Source of the DNA: Felis catus
Lineage: Eukaryota
DNA: 64,000 nt
Assembly (NCBI RefSeq): GCF_018350175.1
Contig: NC_058368.1
Coordinates: 125,118,001 to 125,182,000 of the forward strand
Reading direction: 5' to 3'
In this document: in pieces, positions 13,115-25,629 of the stretch
Layout of the letters: every line of letters starts with the position of its first letter
Numbering within the stretch: position 1 is the first letter of the stretch
Translations under genes and position numbers: made by a program
Notes under the pieces: model-generated
What the model was told of the DNA's origin: nothing
Seen by the model: only the letters and a program-made list of their open reading frames with translations
The model's database searches: none

Positions 13115-13333
13115 TTTTTTCTTTTTAATTTTTTTAGAGTTTATTTATTTTTGAGAGAGAAAGAGAGAGAGACAGAGCTCAAGCGGGGCAGGGACAGAAA
13201 GACATGGAGAAACAGTCTGAAGCAGGCTCCAGGCTCCGAGCTGTCAGCACAGAGCCTGAGTGGGGCTCAAATTCACGAACCGCGAGATCATGACCTGAGC
13301 CGAAGTTGGACCTACTGAGCCAGCCAGGTGCCC
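13115..13333 (-). mobile_element. CanSINE
   Basis: TSD cttg(t/c)ccacctttt on both sides. Confidence 0.9.
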
Positions 13334-15555
13334 CTTGCCCACCTTTTCTAAACAAAACTTGACTTTACCTATTCAAAAGTTCTCACTTTCTAATGGCATG
13401 ATAAGTGCCAAGGTTGGTGCAGTATTTAGGAGTAAAATGTCATGATAACTACAACTTAATTTCAAAGGGTATAAATATATATAAAGTTCAGAGAAAGAAA
13501 AAACAGATATAGCAAAATATTAACTATTCCTGAATCTACAAAGAAGGTACATGGGTGTTCACTTTAGTATTCCTTCAAATTTTCTGATGTTTAAAATTTT
13601 CCATAATATAAATCTGGAGGAAAAAAAAAAAGAAATACACAATTTAGCCACTTAAAGTCAATGAAAATATTTAGTCACTCCAGAAACCCGTGTAATCATA
13701 GCCAAGCCTGTGAGTACAGTTTAGTGTGTAATTCTGGTTTTATGACTTAGCGTGGCACTCCTCTAAAATTACAGCTGAAGAAGGAAGTGAAACCTGAAAC
13801 CACCCTACCTACTGCAATTCTTTTGATAACATGCATATTCCCCTCCAGAAGTATGACTTGTATAGTAAACGTTACAATGGCTTTCTACCTTTAGGCCCCT
13901 TGTCAAAAGATTTGTCTTCTTTCTGTGATTGACTAGCAACTGAATTGTCATAGTGTGGAGATCAAAATGAGAAGCAGCTGCAGAGAACCGGTTTTACGTA
14001 AGTCTTCAAACCAGTGGGGATGTAAAATAGGAAAAGGTTCCTAAATAGACTTGAATAAAATTTTTATTTATCAAAATAAGTGACAACGTGGATTTATTCA
14101 TGGAGTGAAATCATTGAATCGGAATTTTCCCCTGGAAGGGTCACAGATGTTTAAATATTGCATATGTTTATATTTTTAATATGTTATGTATATTTCCGTT
14201 TCAGGAACTTGAAGTAACTAGTTCATCTCAGATTCCCTTTTCGTCTCTTTGTGTCATCATCCTTCTTCTGCAGACCCCACTACTTCTGTCTCAGCCTTTC
14301 ATATTTGAAGGGGGCCTCTGGGCAAAGAACCGCATCTCATCTGCAGAATGAGGAGGGCTAAAGCGCCTCCCAGCCCTCCTGGATCGCATAGCAGTTCAGC
14401 TGAATTTTCTTTGCCAGCGAATTGTCTTGTTTACTTTCCTCACCCCCTGGGAACCCACTGGCCTCAGGATCTCTTCAATCAATACTTTAAATGGCCCCTT
14501 TCCTGAAAGACGAACAATGAGATTTTAACTCTATGTCTCCCTGTCCTTCGTTCTCTCCTTCCTTTTTCCTACCAGCTTTCATTTCTGTAAGTCCAACAAA
14601 TGATGAGTTTATGAGTTTCTAATATTAGCCCTTAGGCTGCCTGACCTATTAACCCTTTCACAGCTGGCTTCCCTCTGCACCTGCTAGACCATTATAGTTC
14701 TAAACTCCATGGAAACCAAAAGATTCTTAAAGCAAGCTTAGTAAAGGCCAGTTTCCATTCTCCTAGAAATGCAAGTTCATGGCGGGTGATGTGTCTAATG
14801 GGGTTAGCTGGGCCTAGTTAAATTCTCTACTGGACCTCTCAGGTATAACCACATGACTTCCCAGTTACTAAATATTTCCATGTACGTCATCATGCACATA
14901 TAGTTCCAGATGCAAAGTTAAAGTTATGACCAGACAAACACAGAAACACCTGCGCATAGTTTTCTAAAGCACCTTCAAGATGACAGGTATTGTGTATGCT
15001 CATCTGCCGCTATTATTAGAAGCACTTCATACTGACTAAGCTGGTATTGAGGATGAAGTGGATTAAGACTTACAGAGCCCGAATGGTAAACACATGACAC
15101 AGGGCTTTGGGGGCAGGCTCCATGGTGTGCAGTTTTGTTCAGCACCATACCTCAAATGCTCAGTAGCGAAGCCTGCATTCAGGGCACTTTCTAAGCAGCA
15201 GAGAGGCAATTCAAATGTTTAAACGACTCATCTAAACTGACCTTCCACCACAGCCCAACTAATCTCAGGGGATGGGCAAACTGACAGCACAATGCCAAGG
15301 TAAAAAGCACTGGAGGGGAAGCAAGGGAACCACAGATGCCCACCAATTAAGCAGATGAATCACCATGTCCCTCCATGCCAGTTTCCCCTGAAGTTCAAGG
15401 ACAAGAACACCTGACTCATCTGGAGTCAGGTAAGGTTGTTTGGAGCACTGCAGATAATGCTGACCACTTGGGTCACTTAGTGACCATGCTTGAAATATGG
15501 AGTGATGCTGAAGGGCAAGCACAAATGGGATGCCAAATGACAGCAGACACTCTGA

Positions 15556-15956
15556 ACACCTGGGTGGCTCAGTTGGTTAAGCATCTGACTTCGGCTCAGG
15601 TCATGATCTCACAGTTCGTGAGTTTGAGTCCTGCATTAGGCTCTGTGCTGACAGCTCAGAGCCTGGAGCCTGCTTCAGATTCTGTGTCTCCCTCTCTCTC
15701 TGCCCCTCCCCCACTCATGCTCTGTCTCTCTCTCCTTCAAAAATAAGTAAAAACATTAAAAAATTTTTCATTTTTGAGAAAGAGAGAGAGTGCAGGTGTA
15801 CATGAGTAGGGGAGGGGCAGAGAGGGAGACAGAGGATCCAAAGCAGGCTCTGCACTGACATCAGCGAGCCCAGTGCTGGGTTTGAATTCACAAACCGTGA
15901 GATCATGACCTGAGCCAAAGTCAGATGCTTAACAGACTGAGCCACACAGATGCCCC
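15556..15956. mobile_element. Tail-to-tail inverted CanSINE pair (+ about 15556-15762, - about 15763-15956)
   Basis: Forward SINE body ends in aaaaacattaaaaaa and is followed directly by a T-run and a reverse SINE body. Confidence 0.9.
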
Positions 15957-16859
15957 AACACAAATGTTTTTACATGATGATCTAATTAGTAACTAGAGAA
16001 CCATTAGATAGAAAGCTCAGCATAGCTGTGATGTGACTGCCACTCAAGGAGAATCCTAGAAGTGGGGGCAGTGAGAGAGCAGGAGCCTTTGACAAATGTG
16101 TGCTTGAGATGGTAATCTTTTAAGAACTACATCTGTTCAGAGGGTGAGAGGGCAAACAAATAGGTATGGAAGATTCCACCACCTTCCAGCAGAGACATTT
16201 GGTGGAAAACTACTTGAACTGGGCTGGGAGTGGTGCATATCTACCAGCCACTCTCTGCAGATCTGACTTGTGGACCCTACCATCCCCCAAGTGAAGAGAG
16301 AGTAGCATGAGGGCAAAAGACACACCCAAGTAAGACCGCTGAATGAATCTTGCTTCTTTAGAGGATACATAGGATAATCAACAGATAGTAAAATGAAGCC
16401 GGTGGAAAAATACCAAAAACAAGAGAAGGGGCAACATCCTCAGACTCAGATAATCAGTAGGAATCCGGGGGAGGGGAGGTGGGTGGTGGTTAAAGTTTGG
16501 GAAATTTTTTCTGCTCAAAAGAATGCAAAGTAACTGACCTCTTTGAAACAAATTCAGAAGAGCATAAGATAGATGGAGATGGAAAGACAATGGGATGAAA
16601 AGAAAAGGGAGGTAGGTGAAATGACTGAAAAAGCAGAACTGAAATCCATGATAGAGACAACAAAGAACAGAATTGGCAATGTGGTGTCACCTTCCTGGAC
16701 GACAGGTTAGCAACATGTATCAATATCCTTAACTATGAACATGGCCTTTGACCCAACAATTGTATTTCTAAAACATTTAATCCAAGGAAATAGTAAATTT
16801 GCAAAATTTTGCAAATTTGCAAAAATATAACTACAGGATGTTACTGAGGGATTCTTTTT

Positions 16860-17600
16860 AAATACTTTTTAAGTTTCTTTATTTTGAGAGAGAGACACAG
16901 CAAACGGGAGAGGGGCAGAGAGAGATGGAGAGAGAGAATCCCAAGCATGTTCTGTGCTATCATCACAGATCCCGACACAGGGCCCAAACTCACAAACCAT
17001 GAGATCATAACCTGAGCTGAGATCAAGAGTCAGATGTTTAACTGACCAAGCCACCCAGGTGCCCCTGAGGGGTTTTTTATAGTAGAAAAATAAGTTTTCA
17101 CCAATGGGGAATTACTGAAATAAATTATGGTATCACTATATCATAATATTAAAATGAATATAGCATTAATAATATTAAACATAATAATATCAATATCTAT
17201 TTAGCACGGTTATTTATTTAAAACATGTTACATTATTATATTATGCTATATATTATATATTATTGTTATAAATGCCACAAATAGGTGCATATATATCATA
17301 TATACACTCTATATACCATATATGCTATGTATTATATTATGCTAAAAATAAAGTTTACAAAATAATACATAGAGTAAAACATTAGGTTATTTTTTAAAAA
17401 AACATATATTTGTGAGCACTGTGTTGGTCTCTGTGCTGATAGCTCAGAGCCAGGAGCCTGTTTCGGGTTCTGTGTCTTCCTCTCTCTGCCCCTCCCCTGC
17501 TCATGCTCGGTCTCTCTCTCAAAAAAAAAAAAAAAAAAAAAAAACATAAAAAAATTTGTTTCATAAAATAAATTAAATTAAATTAAAAAGAAAGAAAAGA
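16860..17600. mobile_element. Two CanSINEs (- about 16860-17064; 5'-truncated + about 17410-17600) flanking AT-rich low-complexity DNA
   Basis: SINE bodies and poly-A tails. Confidence 0.8.
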
Positions 17601-17613
17601 AGTCTGGAAAGAT

Positions 17614-19593
17614 TGTATTATCAACTTTGGCTGCATAACAAACCATTCTAAAACTTAGTGGCTTAAAATAACATTTCTTTAGTTCACGATTTTGCAGAAA
17701 GACAATTTGGGCTGGGTTCATATGGGCAGTTTATCTGGACTCAAGCTCTATCATGCATCTGTGGTCAGCAGCCTAGTGGCTGGACACTGAATGGTTTAGG
17801 ACAGCATCAGCTAGGACAGCTCATCTCTGTTCTTCCTGGTCTCTCATTCTAAGGGAACCAACCTGGGCTTGATCACATAGTGCTCCCCATGGTTCTGAAA
17901 GCAAGAGCGAATCCTGAACTGATACCTGGCTTGTAGTTCTGCTGCGTTTTACTGGCCAAAGTAAATCACAAGACCAGCTCATATTTGAGAGGAGGGAAAA
18001 GAGACTCTCTCTCTCTTTTTTTTTGTAATGTTTATTTATTTTGAAAGAGAGAGAGAGAGTAGGAAAGAGGCAGACAGAGAAGGAGAGAGAGAATCCCAAA
18101 CAGGCTCTGAGCTGTCAGCACAGAACCTGCTGTGGGGCTTGAACTCATGAACCATGAGATCATGTCTTGAGGCAAAATCAATAATTGACCACCTTGAGGT
18201 GCTGGGAAAACTGGACACTGACATGCAGAAGAATGAACCTGGACCACTTTCTTACACCATACACAAAAACAAACTCAAAATGGATGAAAGACCTCAATGT
18301 AAGACAGAAAGCCATCAAAATCCTCGAAGTGAAAGCAGGCAAAAACCTCTTTCATCTTGCCCGCAGCAACTTCTTACTCAACACGTATCTGGAGGCAAGG
18401 GGAACAAAAGCAAAATGAACTACTGGGACCTCATCAACATAAAAAGCTTCACCACAGCGAAGGAAACAATCAGCAAAACTAAAAGGCAACCAACAGAATG
18501 GGGGAAGGTATTTGCAAATGACATATCAGATAAAGGGTTAGTATCCAAAATCTATAAAGAACTTATCAAACTCAACACCCAAAAAACAAATAATCCACTG
18601 AAGAAATGGGCAAAATCCATGAATAGACACTTCTCCAAGGAAGACATCCAGATGGCCAACCGACACATGAAAAAATGCTCCACATCACTCATCATCAAGG
18701 AAATCCAAATCAAAACCACAATGAGATACCACCTTACACCTGTCAGAATGGCTACCAGTAACAACTCAGGCAACAACAGATGTTGGCTAGGATGCAGAGA
18801 AAAAGGATCTCTTTTGCATTGTTGGTGGGAATGCAAGCTGGTGCAGCCACTCTGGAAAACAGTATGGAGGTTCCTCAAAAAACTAAAAATAGAACTACCC
18901 TATGACCCAGCAATTGCACTACTAGGCATTTATCCACTTGATACAGGTGTGCTGTTTTGAAGGGACACATGCACCCCCATGTTCATAGTAGCATTATCAA
19001 CAATAGCCAAAGTATGGAAAGAGCCCAAATGTCCATCTATGGATGAATGGATAAAGGAAATGTGGTATATATTTATACTGGAGTATTACTCGGCAATCAA
19101 AAAGAATGAAATCTTGCCATTTGCAACTACGTGGATGGAATTGGAGGGTAGTATGCTAAGTGAAATTAGAGAAAGACAAAAATCATATGACTTCACTCAT
19201 ATGAGGACTTTAAGAGACAAAACAGATGAAGGGAAGGGAAACAAAAATATAAAAACAGGGAGGGGGACAAAACAAAAGAGATTCATAAATGTGGAGAACA
19301 AACTGAGGGTTACTGGAGGGGTTGTGGGAGGGGGGATGGGCTAAATGGGTAAGGGGCATTAAGGAATCTACTCCTGAAAGCATTGTTTCACTATATGCTA
19401 ACTAATTTGGATGTAAATTTTAAAAGAGAAAAAAGAAAATTAAAGAAAAAAAGAATTGAGCACTTTGCTGATTGAGCCACCCAGGTGCCCCATCTCTATC
19501 TCTTGATATAAGGAGCTGCCAGACCATACTGCAAGCACATGTGGATACAGGGAGGGGGATAATTGTGGTAATTTTTGCATACAATCCACCATA
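17614..19593 (-). mobile_element. MaLR solo LTR (MLT1H/I-like) split by a CanSINE that is itself split by an L1
   Basis: ctgcataacaaaccattctaaaacttagtggcttaaaataac... at the left end; resumes at about 19492 and ends ...tttttgcatacaatccaccata; SINE parts at about 18016-18179 and 19452-19491. Confidence 0.7.
18197..19450 (+). mobile_element. 5'-truncated young felid L1 (ORF2 C-terminal part plus 3'UTR)
   Basis: ORFs 18185-18418, 18154-18960 and 18979-19344 give L1 ORF2 ([50 protein letters not shown]); A-rich tail; imperfect candidate TSD at 18180-18196 and 19451-19467. Confidence 0.95.
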
Positions 19594-19759
19594 AGCATGT
19601 ACTAGCATGTTAGTAGTACATGTTTAGAACATGTAATTACAGGTGATTTTTATTTTGTTCCTTATATTTTTCTATATTGACAACATCTTTTGCAATGAGC
19701 ATGTATTACTTTTGTCACTGAAATCAAGTTGCTACCTCCATCTTATAATTTAGCAGTCT

Positions 19760-19960
19760 TTTAATTTATTTTGAAAGAGAGAGAGACAGAACGAGCAGGG
19801 AAGGAGCAGAGAGAGAGGGGGATAGAGGACTCAAAGAAGGCTCTGAGACAGACTCTGTGCTGACAGCAGAGGGCCGATGTAGGGCTCAAACTCATGAACC
19901 ATGAGATCATGACCTGAGCCAAAGGTGGATGCTTAACCGATTGAGCCACCCAGGTGTCCC
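19760..19960 (-). mobile_element. CanSINE
   Basis: Reverse SINE body ending gagccacccaggtgtccc. Confidence 0.88.
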
Positions 19961-20266
19961 TCACAAAAAGTTTTAATGGCATTGCAAACTGACCCTGGTA
20001 TAACCTTGAGTTAAAAGGATGATAGAAAAATTAAAAGTATATGCAAAATATATCCTAAAACATAAAATGCATGGAGAAAGGTCTAGAAGGAATTATTAAA
20101 ATGTTAATAATGGTACTGTTTAGGTGTGGGGTTATGGATATTTTTCTATTTTATTAAACTTCCTAAATTTTCTCTAATTAAAAAAATTACTTTGATAATT
20201 AGAAAAGAAAGCATAAAAACTGGTAAATGAAACAGGTTTTTAAAATGACATTTAAAAGACTATGAT

Positions 20267-20427
20267 GGGGCACCTGGGTGGCTCAATCGTTTAAGCATCT
20301 GATTTCGGCTCAGGTCACCATCTCGTGGTTCATGGGTTCCAGCCCTGTATTGGGTTCTGTGCTGAGCACGAAGCCTGGAGCCTGCTTCAGATTCTGTCTC
20401 CCACTCTCTACCCCTCCCCCACTCATG

Positions 20428-20492
<65 letters not shown>

Positions 20493-20666
20493 AAATATAA
20501 ATGGACATTAAAAAAAAAATTAAAAGAAGGCTATGAGGTGCCTGGGTGGCTTAGTTGATTGAGCATCTGAGTCTTGATTTCAGCTTTCAGGCTCAGTGGT
20601 CAGCACAGAGCTTGCTTAAGATTCTCTTTGTCCTTCTTCCTCCACCCTCTCTAAAATAAAACATTA
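20267..20666 (+). mobile_element. Two tandem CanSINEs
   Basis: Heads at about 20267 and 20536; long (CT)n tract. Confidence 0.88.
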
Positions 20667-20759
20667 GAAGAAGAAGAAGAAGAAGAAGAAGAAGAAGAAG
20701 AAGAAGAAGAAGAGGAGGAGGAGGAGGAGGAGGAGGAGGAGGAAGACGATGACGACGAT
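20667..20759 (+). repeat. Compound trinucleotide microsatellite (GAA)15(GAG)10 GAA(GAY)5
   Basis: Read directly; lies in the tail of the preceding SINE. Confidence 0.95.
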
Positions 20760-21307
20760 GGCTAAGCATTAATGTCTAAAAGACATCCTGGAACCAACAG
20801 TAACAGTGTGCCATACACTGAGAATGATTAACTTGGTTCCCTGAACTTGAAATCTAATGATAAGAAAATCATTTTTGCTGGAAAACAATGATGAATTTGT
20901 CTACTTGTACAAAAGCGTTCAGAAAAATGTAGTGCAAGCTCCTCATTTTCCAACACAATTTAGTAAAACCCCTATATTTTGGAGTTGCTGGACACTGCCC
21001 AGCTGCTATGAAAGCTTCTGCTATATTGGTTTCTTATATCTACATCCAACTGATTGGGACTCCAAATGCAGGAGTGATAGATTGATATGCTCTAACCTCC
21101 AGCAGCAAGGCCAGGTGAGTGTGAGAAGAGGGGCTCCTGGGACACAAATAGGAGACACTCCTTGTTCAGGCCAGCCTGCACTTGCACCACCCTCGGAATG
21201 AATGTATCAACCTAGACCTGGTTGTGCCTTAGAGAACTAATCTCACTCTTCTTTACCAGAATACAAATACTCTCCAGCTATGCCTCTCGTGGTAGGGGTA
21301 CTGACAG

Positions 21308-21620
21308 TGTCTTAGCCTAGGTTCCTCCAAAAAACCGTCTGAAGCCACTGGTATATGCCTGGGTGCTTTACTAGGGAATTCACTCCCAGGGAGCAGAAGT
21401 GAGCCTCAAATGCAGTGAGGCAGAGAAGGAGAAAGAACCAACAAGAAAAAGATCTAGCAAGATGACCTCTAATAAGTGGTAACTCAAAACCATGAGATTG
21501 TGCCCCTAGAAACCACATAAATGGCATCTCAGCATCATCCTGGGAGAGAAAGGGGGAAAAGGGGAAGAATTTACCCATAGGTGCCCATCTTTCATTGGCC
21601 AAATTCCTCCCTAAGAGGCA
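21308..21620. mobile_element. Old ERVL LTR fragment (LTR16-like)
   Basis: tgtcttagcctaggttcctccaaaaaacc...gtgctttactagggaattcactcccagg resembles the LTR16 terminus (recalled). Confidence 0.45.
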
Positions 21621-22151
21621 TTAATTCCACCACACTGCCAGTGTACACTTGAGCAGTACTGCTCTTTAGATCCAGACAAGAACCTCTGCCCTTGTCTTGA
21701 TGCTCTAGACTTGCCCTGCACACCACAAACCCTGCATACCATAAACACACACATACACAAATATCAGAGAGCATGTTAGTCATTGGGGATCTTACCATCA
21801 GCCTTGGCATAGCACAACCTTTAACCCTAAACATCTGCTACTGTGCGGACCGCGGGGGAATCTTTATTCACATGGCTTGCCCTATATCCTCAAAACAAAA
21901 GGCAACTGTGTCAAAATGCCATGAAAATTTGTGGGTTATTCCACTGTTGATATTGGAGGCCAACACCTTTTTGGAGTTCAGGGCGGATTTGAGAAACAGA
22001 AGTGCTTAGGTTAGAAAAAGATAAATTTGTTAACTTGTCAAATTCTTCTCAGAAAGCAGGAAGGCAACAGATCCTTCCACAGAGAAGTATTTCCCAATAG
22101 GGCCAAGCGTTCTTGTTTTTCTTTTGTGTTCCAGTTGATGGCTCTGGAGGA

Positions 22152-22184
22152 GTGCTTGCTTCAGCAGCACCTATAGTAAAATTG
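22152..22184 (+). pseudogene. RNU6: 3'-truncated (tailless) U6 snRNA retropseudogene, U6 nt 1-33
   Basis: gtgcttgcttcagcagcacctatagtaaaattg versus U6 GTGCTCGCTTCGGCAGCACATATACTAAAATTG (29/33; two of the differences are CpG transitions); 17-bp TSD ttgatggct(c/t)tggagga at 22135-22151 and 22182-22198. Confidence 0.9.
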
Positions 22185-22279
22185 ATGGCTTTGGAGGAAG
22201 TGACAAATGGATGCTGTAGTCACAACAGTTGCATATGGTGGTAGAGGAACACTTTAAACATCAAACAAGCTGTTTTACT

Positions 22280-22762
22280 CTTAAATTTGTATTGTCTCTC
22301 AGATACTAAACGACCTTCTGCTCTGAGGCAGAATCTCTACCTTCTGCCAATAGAGAATGCTAGAGGAGGCCGAGAGGCCAGAGAAGGGGGGCTTGCTTCT
22401 GCTTCCTGTTTGCTGGGTGTCCCTGTTAATATCACCTCCACAACAGTCCTGCAGCTCAGCAGCGACACCTGGTTTGTATCCAGCTTTTTGCGGTGGTCCC
22501 AGATCCAGTATCACAGCATCCACTAGCCAGGCAGGTTTTCCTGTTCAAAGGTGTCTGCCCCAGTTCTGCAGTGCCCTCCTGAAAATTTCTGGTTTCGTCT
22601 TTCTTTTCCCACCTCTAGGCATGGGAGCTTCTTCTACTGATACTATCTTCAATGTCACCTTCCTGATCTCTTTTCGGTGGTTTAGTTCTCGGATACCTGT
22701 TTGGCCAATTCCTTAAGTTTTTGGTGTGATTTGTTTTTTCCTAACTGGCCCTAACTGACACA
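22280..22762 (+). mobile_element. ERVL solo LTR (LTR33-like)
   Basis: Starts ...tattgtctctcag...; ends tgatttgttttttcctaactggccctaactgacaca. Confidence 0.55.
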
Positions 22763-22884
22763 ATAGATCTGAATGAAGCATAACAATTCTTTACAGGGCA
22801 ACGAGATGGACACTGAGTGCAGGAATTTAATTAAACTGCCAAAAACTAAAGTACAATTTTATTTGAATACTTTGAGTATAAATT

Positions 22885-23111
22885 TTTTCTTTTTATTTTT
22901 TTGTTTATTTATTTCTGAGAGAGACAGAGAGTCAGAGACAGAGCGTGAGATAGGGAAGGGCAGGGAGAAAGAGAGACACACAGAATCCAAAGCAGGCTCC
23001 AGGCTCTGAGCTGTCTGTACAGAGCCTGTCATGTGGCTCAAACCTACAAACGGTGAGATCATGACCTGAGCTGAAGTTGTAGGCTTAACCGAATGAGCCA
23101 CCCAGACCCCC
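22885..23111 (-). mobile_element. CanSINE
   Basis: Reverse SINE body; taaatttttt repeated on both flanks. Confidence 0.88.
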
Positions 23112-23214
23112 CTAAATTTTTTACATTAATGAATTATGATATATATTGGGCCTTTTACTTATAATAAATAATCTTGAATATTTTAGAAGGAAAATTATCT
23201 TGTTTTTAAAACAA

Positions 23215-23741
23215 TGTATTGGTCAGGATTAGAGACAGAGACTTATTACAAATTGGCTCAAGTGATTGTTGAGTTTGGTAAGTTTGAAACCTGAAAGGAT
23301 GGAAGCTCCTGGGTGGGAATTGATACTGTGATCTTGAGGCAGAATTTTTTCTTGTCCCAGAAACCTTATTTTTTGCTCGGAAGGTCTTTCAATGGGGGCA
23401 ACTGGGTAGCTCAGCTGGTTGAGCTACCAACTCTTGATTTCAGCTCAGGTCACAATCTCATGGTTCATGGGATCAAGCCCTGTCAAGCTCTGTGCCGATA
23501 GCGCAAAGCCTGCTTGGGATTCTTTCTCTTTCTCAAAATAAATAAACAGACATTTAAAAAAAGAAACACCCTTCAACCAAATGGATGAGACCCACTCACA
23601 TTGTGGAGAATAATCTGTATGTAAAGCTAACCAATGACAGGTGTTAACTACATCTATACCTCCACAGCAACACCTAGATTAATGTGATTGAATAACTGAG
23701 TAGTATAGCCTAGCCAAGCAGACACATAAAATTAACCATCA
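23215..23741 (-). mobile_element. ERVL LTR (MLT2-like) with a CanSINE at about 23394-23565
   Basis: ggatgagacccactcacattgtggagaataatctg...cctagccaagcagacacataaaattaaccatca. Confidence 0.75.
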
Positions 23742-25076
23742 TTTTTATACATAAAATATATAAAATAAAGTTGTATAAAATACATAAAAATGTTTTATTT
23801 TTAAAATTTATATTACTTTGTATTTTTATAAATATATTTAAGGTTTGTGTTCCTTGAATATTGTTATATTTGATTTAGAAATGAACATTACAAAAATAGA
23901 GCTTAGAAAATCTAAAAAAAAACAGACCTTCCCCCACAAAAATGTTAACCTGCTGGTTAATATTTTTCTTTCAATACACTCTTGCTGCCCCCACAGTCCC
24001 ACCCCTGGCATCTGGAGATCCTGGGACATAAGTACAAATGGAGTCTACCCATATTTTCATTTTTTAATCAATAATTAAAATCTCTATTTGTTACATATTT
24101 AAAGTTGCAGAAACTTTGCTGAATTTATCATGATCATACCCAACTGAAGGCTGCTCATTTTCCTTATTTTTAAGTTTTGAAATTTTGAGCAGACCGTCTC
24201 CTTCCAAAATGGAAAATCTTGAACACCTTTGCTAAACATGCTCTAATTTGGCAATGTCCTTGAAACATGTTACAGCCAGGTGTAAAAAAATATGTTACAG
24301 CCAGGGTGTGTCAAATGGCTTTATAAAAACCTTCATAACAACCTACTAATGTAAATGTTTTCATTTATTAATTGTTTGGGCTAATTTGGTAGACCAAACT
24401 GATGGTAGGCCAAACATGATACCTTGTTTTTAATTACTGCTGAGGTGAAAGTTTCCCAAATGTATTTGAACCAACACTCTGTATCATAAGGTATAAAATT
24501 ATTTATAGTTACTGACCAAGCAATTCTATTTGTCAATTTATTCTAAAGAAATAATCCATACTAGGTATAAAAACATTTTTTCTGGAGTTAGTGTAATACT
24601 GGAAAATCAGAATGAAGTTTGATCAGTGGGGACTTACGGTTTGATTATAATAAATTTATTTATCAAGTTTATGCAGCCCTTGAAAATGGCTGCTATATTA
24701 AGGCTAGATGCCATCATGGGGCAAGGCAGGAGGAAGGGGTAGGGAGACTCATAAGAATAGAAAATCCAAACCAAAAAGCTCAAGATACTAATTACTTGTA
24801 CACTTTGAGTACACTGAGACTTTGTTTTTTTTGTTTTGTTTTGGTTTTTTTTTTGAGACTTTGTTTTTTAATGCATTCAAAACACCAGAAGAAAATTCAT
24901 CAAAATGCTAATGGTGGTTATATTAGGGTCATAAGACCACAGCATTTTTTTCTTCTTTAACTGCCTTAAAATTTTCTATAAAGGGGATATATAACTTTTT
25001 AATTAGAAAATTAAAAAAAAGAATTCTATATATTCCACTAAAACTTTTGAACTCATTAAAAGTCTTCATTATTCAT

Positions 25077-25306
25077 GGGGTGCCTGGGTGGCGCAGTCGG
25101 TTAAGCGTCCGACTTCAGCCAGGTCACGATCTCTCGGTCTGTGAGTTCGAGCCCCGTGTCAGGCTCTGGGCTGATGGCTCAGATGGCCCAGAGCCTGGAG
25201 CCTGTTTCCGATTCTGTGTCTCCCTCTCTCTCTGCCCCTCCCCTGTTCATGCTCTGTCTCTCTCTGTCCCAAAAATAAATAAACGTTGAAAAAAAATAAA
25301 AAAAAA
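25077..25306 (+). mobile_element. Young SINEC_Fc-type SINE
   Basis: CpG-rich head ggtggcgcagtcggttaagcgtccgacttcagccagg; perfect TSD aaaagtcttcattattca at 25058-25075 and 25307-25324. Confidence 0.95.
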
Positions 25307-25629
25307 AAAAGTCTTCATTATTCAGAGCTAAATGAAATATTCAACTTTTCACTCCTTTTGGATCACCTGGCTTCATGATTTATTGTGACAGTAGGAAACA
25401 TGGGAAGAGGACTCCATTGGGTTTTCTTTCATCACCTGCAAAACATTTTTGGGTACTGGACTGCCCAAAATCCTGCCTATTTTCCAAAAGTTAACTTTCC
25501 AATTGGGTGCTTGGTTTAAACTCCTTCCATCTCTCAAAACTTTGCCTCAACCATGGTAGCCTCTCTCTTGTGTGGATTTGCCCCTGCTTTCATTGGGTCC
25601 TTCCCTGAAGAAGGCATCTTTTCATATAC

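Noticed and set aside
18154..18960. 268-aa ORF as a host gene
   Set aside because: It is a frameshifted L1 ORF2 C-terminal fragment; the same applies to 48087-48761 and the other L1-derived ORFs
20667..20759. Poly-Glu/Asp coding tract
   Set aside because: Lies in a SINE tail with no ORF or splice context; it is a microsatellite
25047..25289. Recurrent ORFs of the type AQSVKRLTSAQVMISRFVSSSP / EPGACFRFCVSLSL across the window
   Set aside because: Translations of CanSINE sequence, not a gene family
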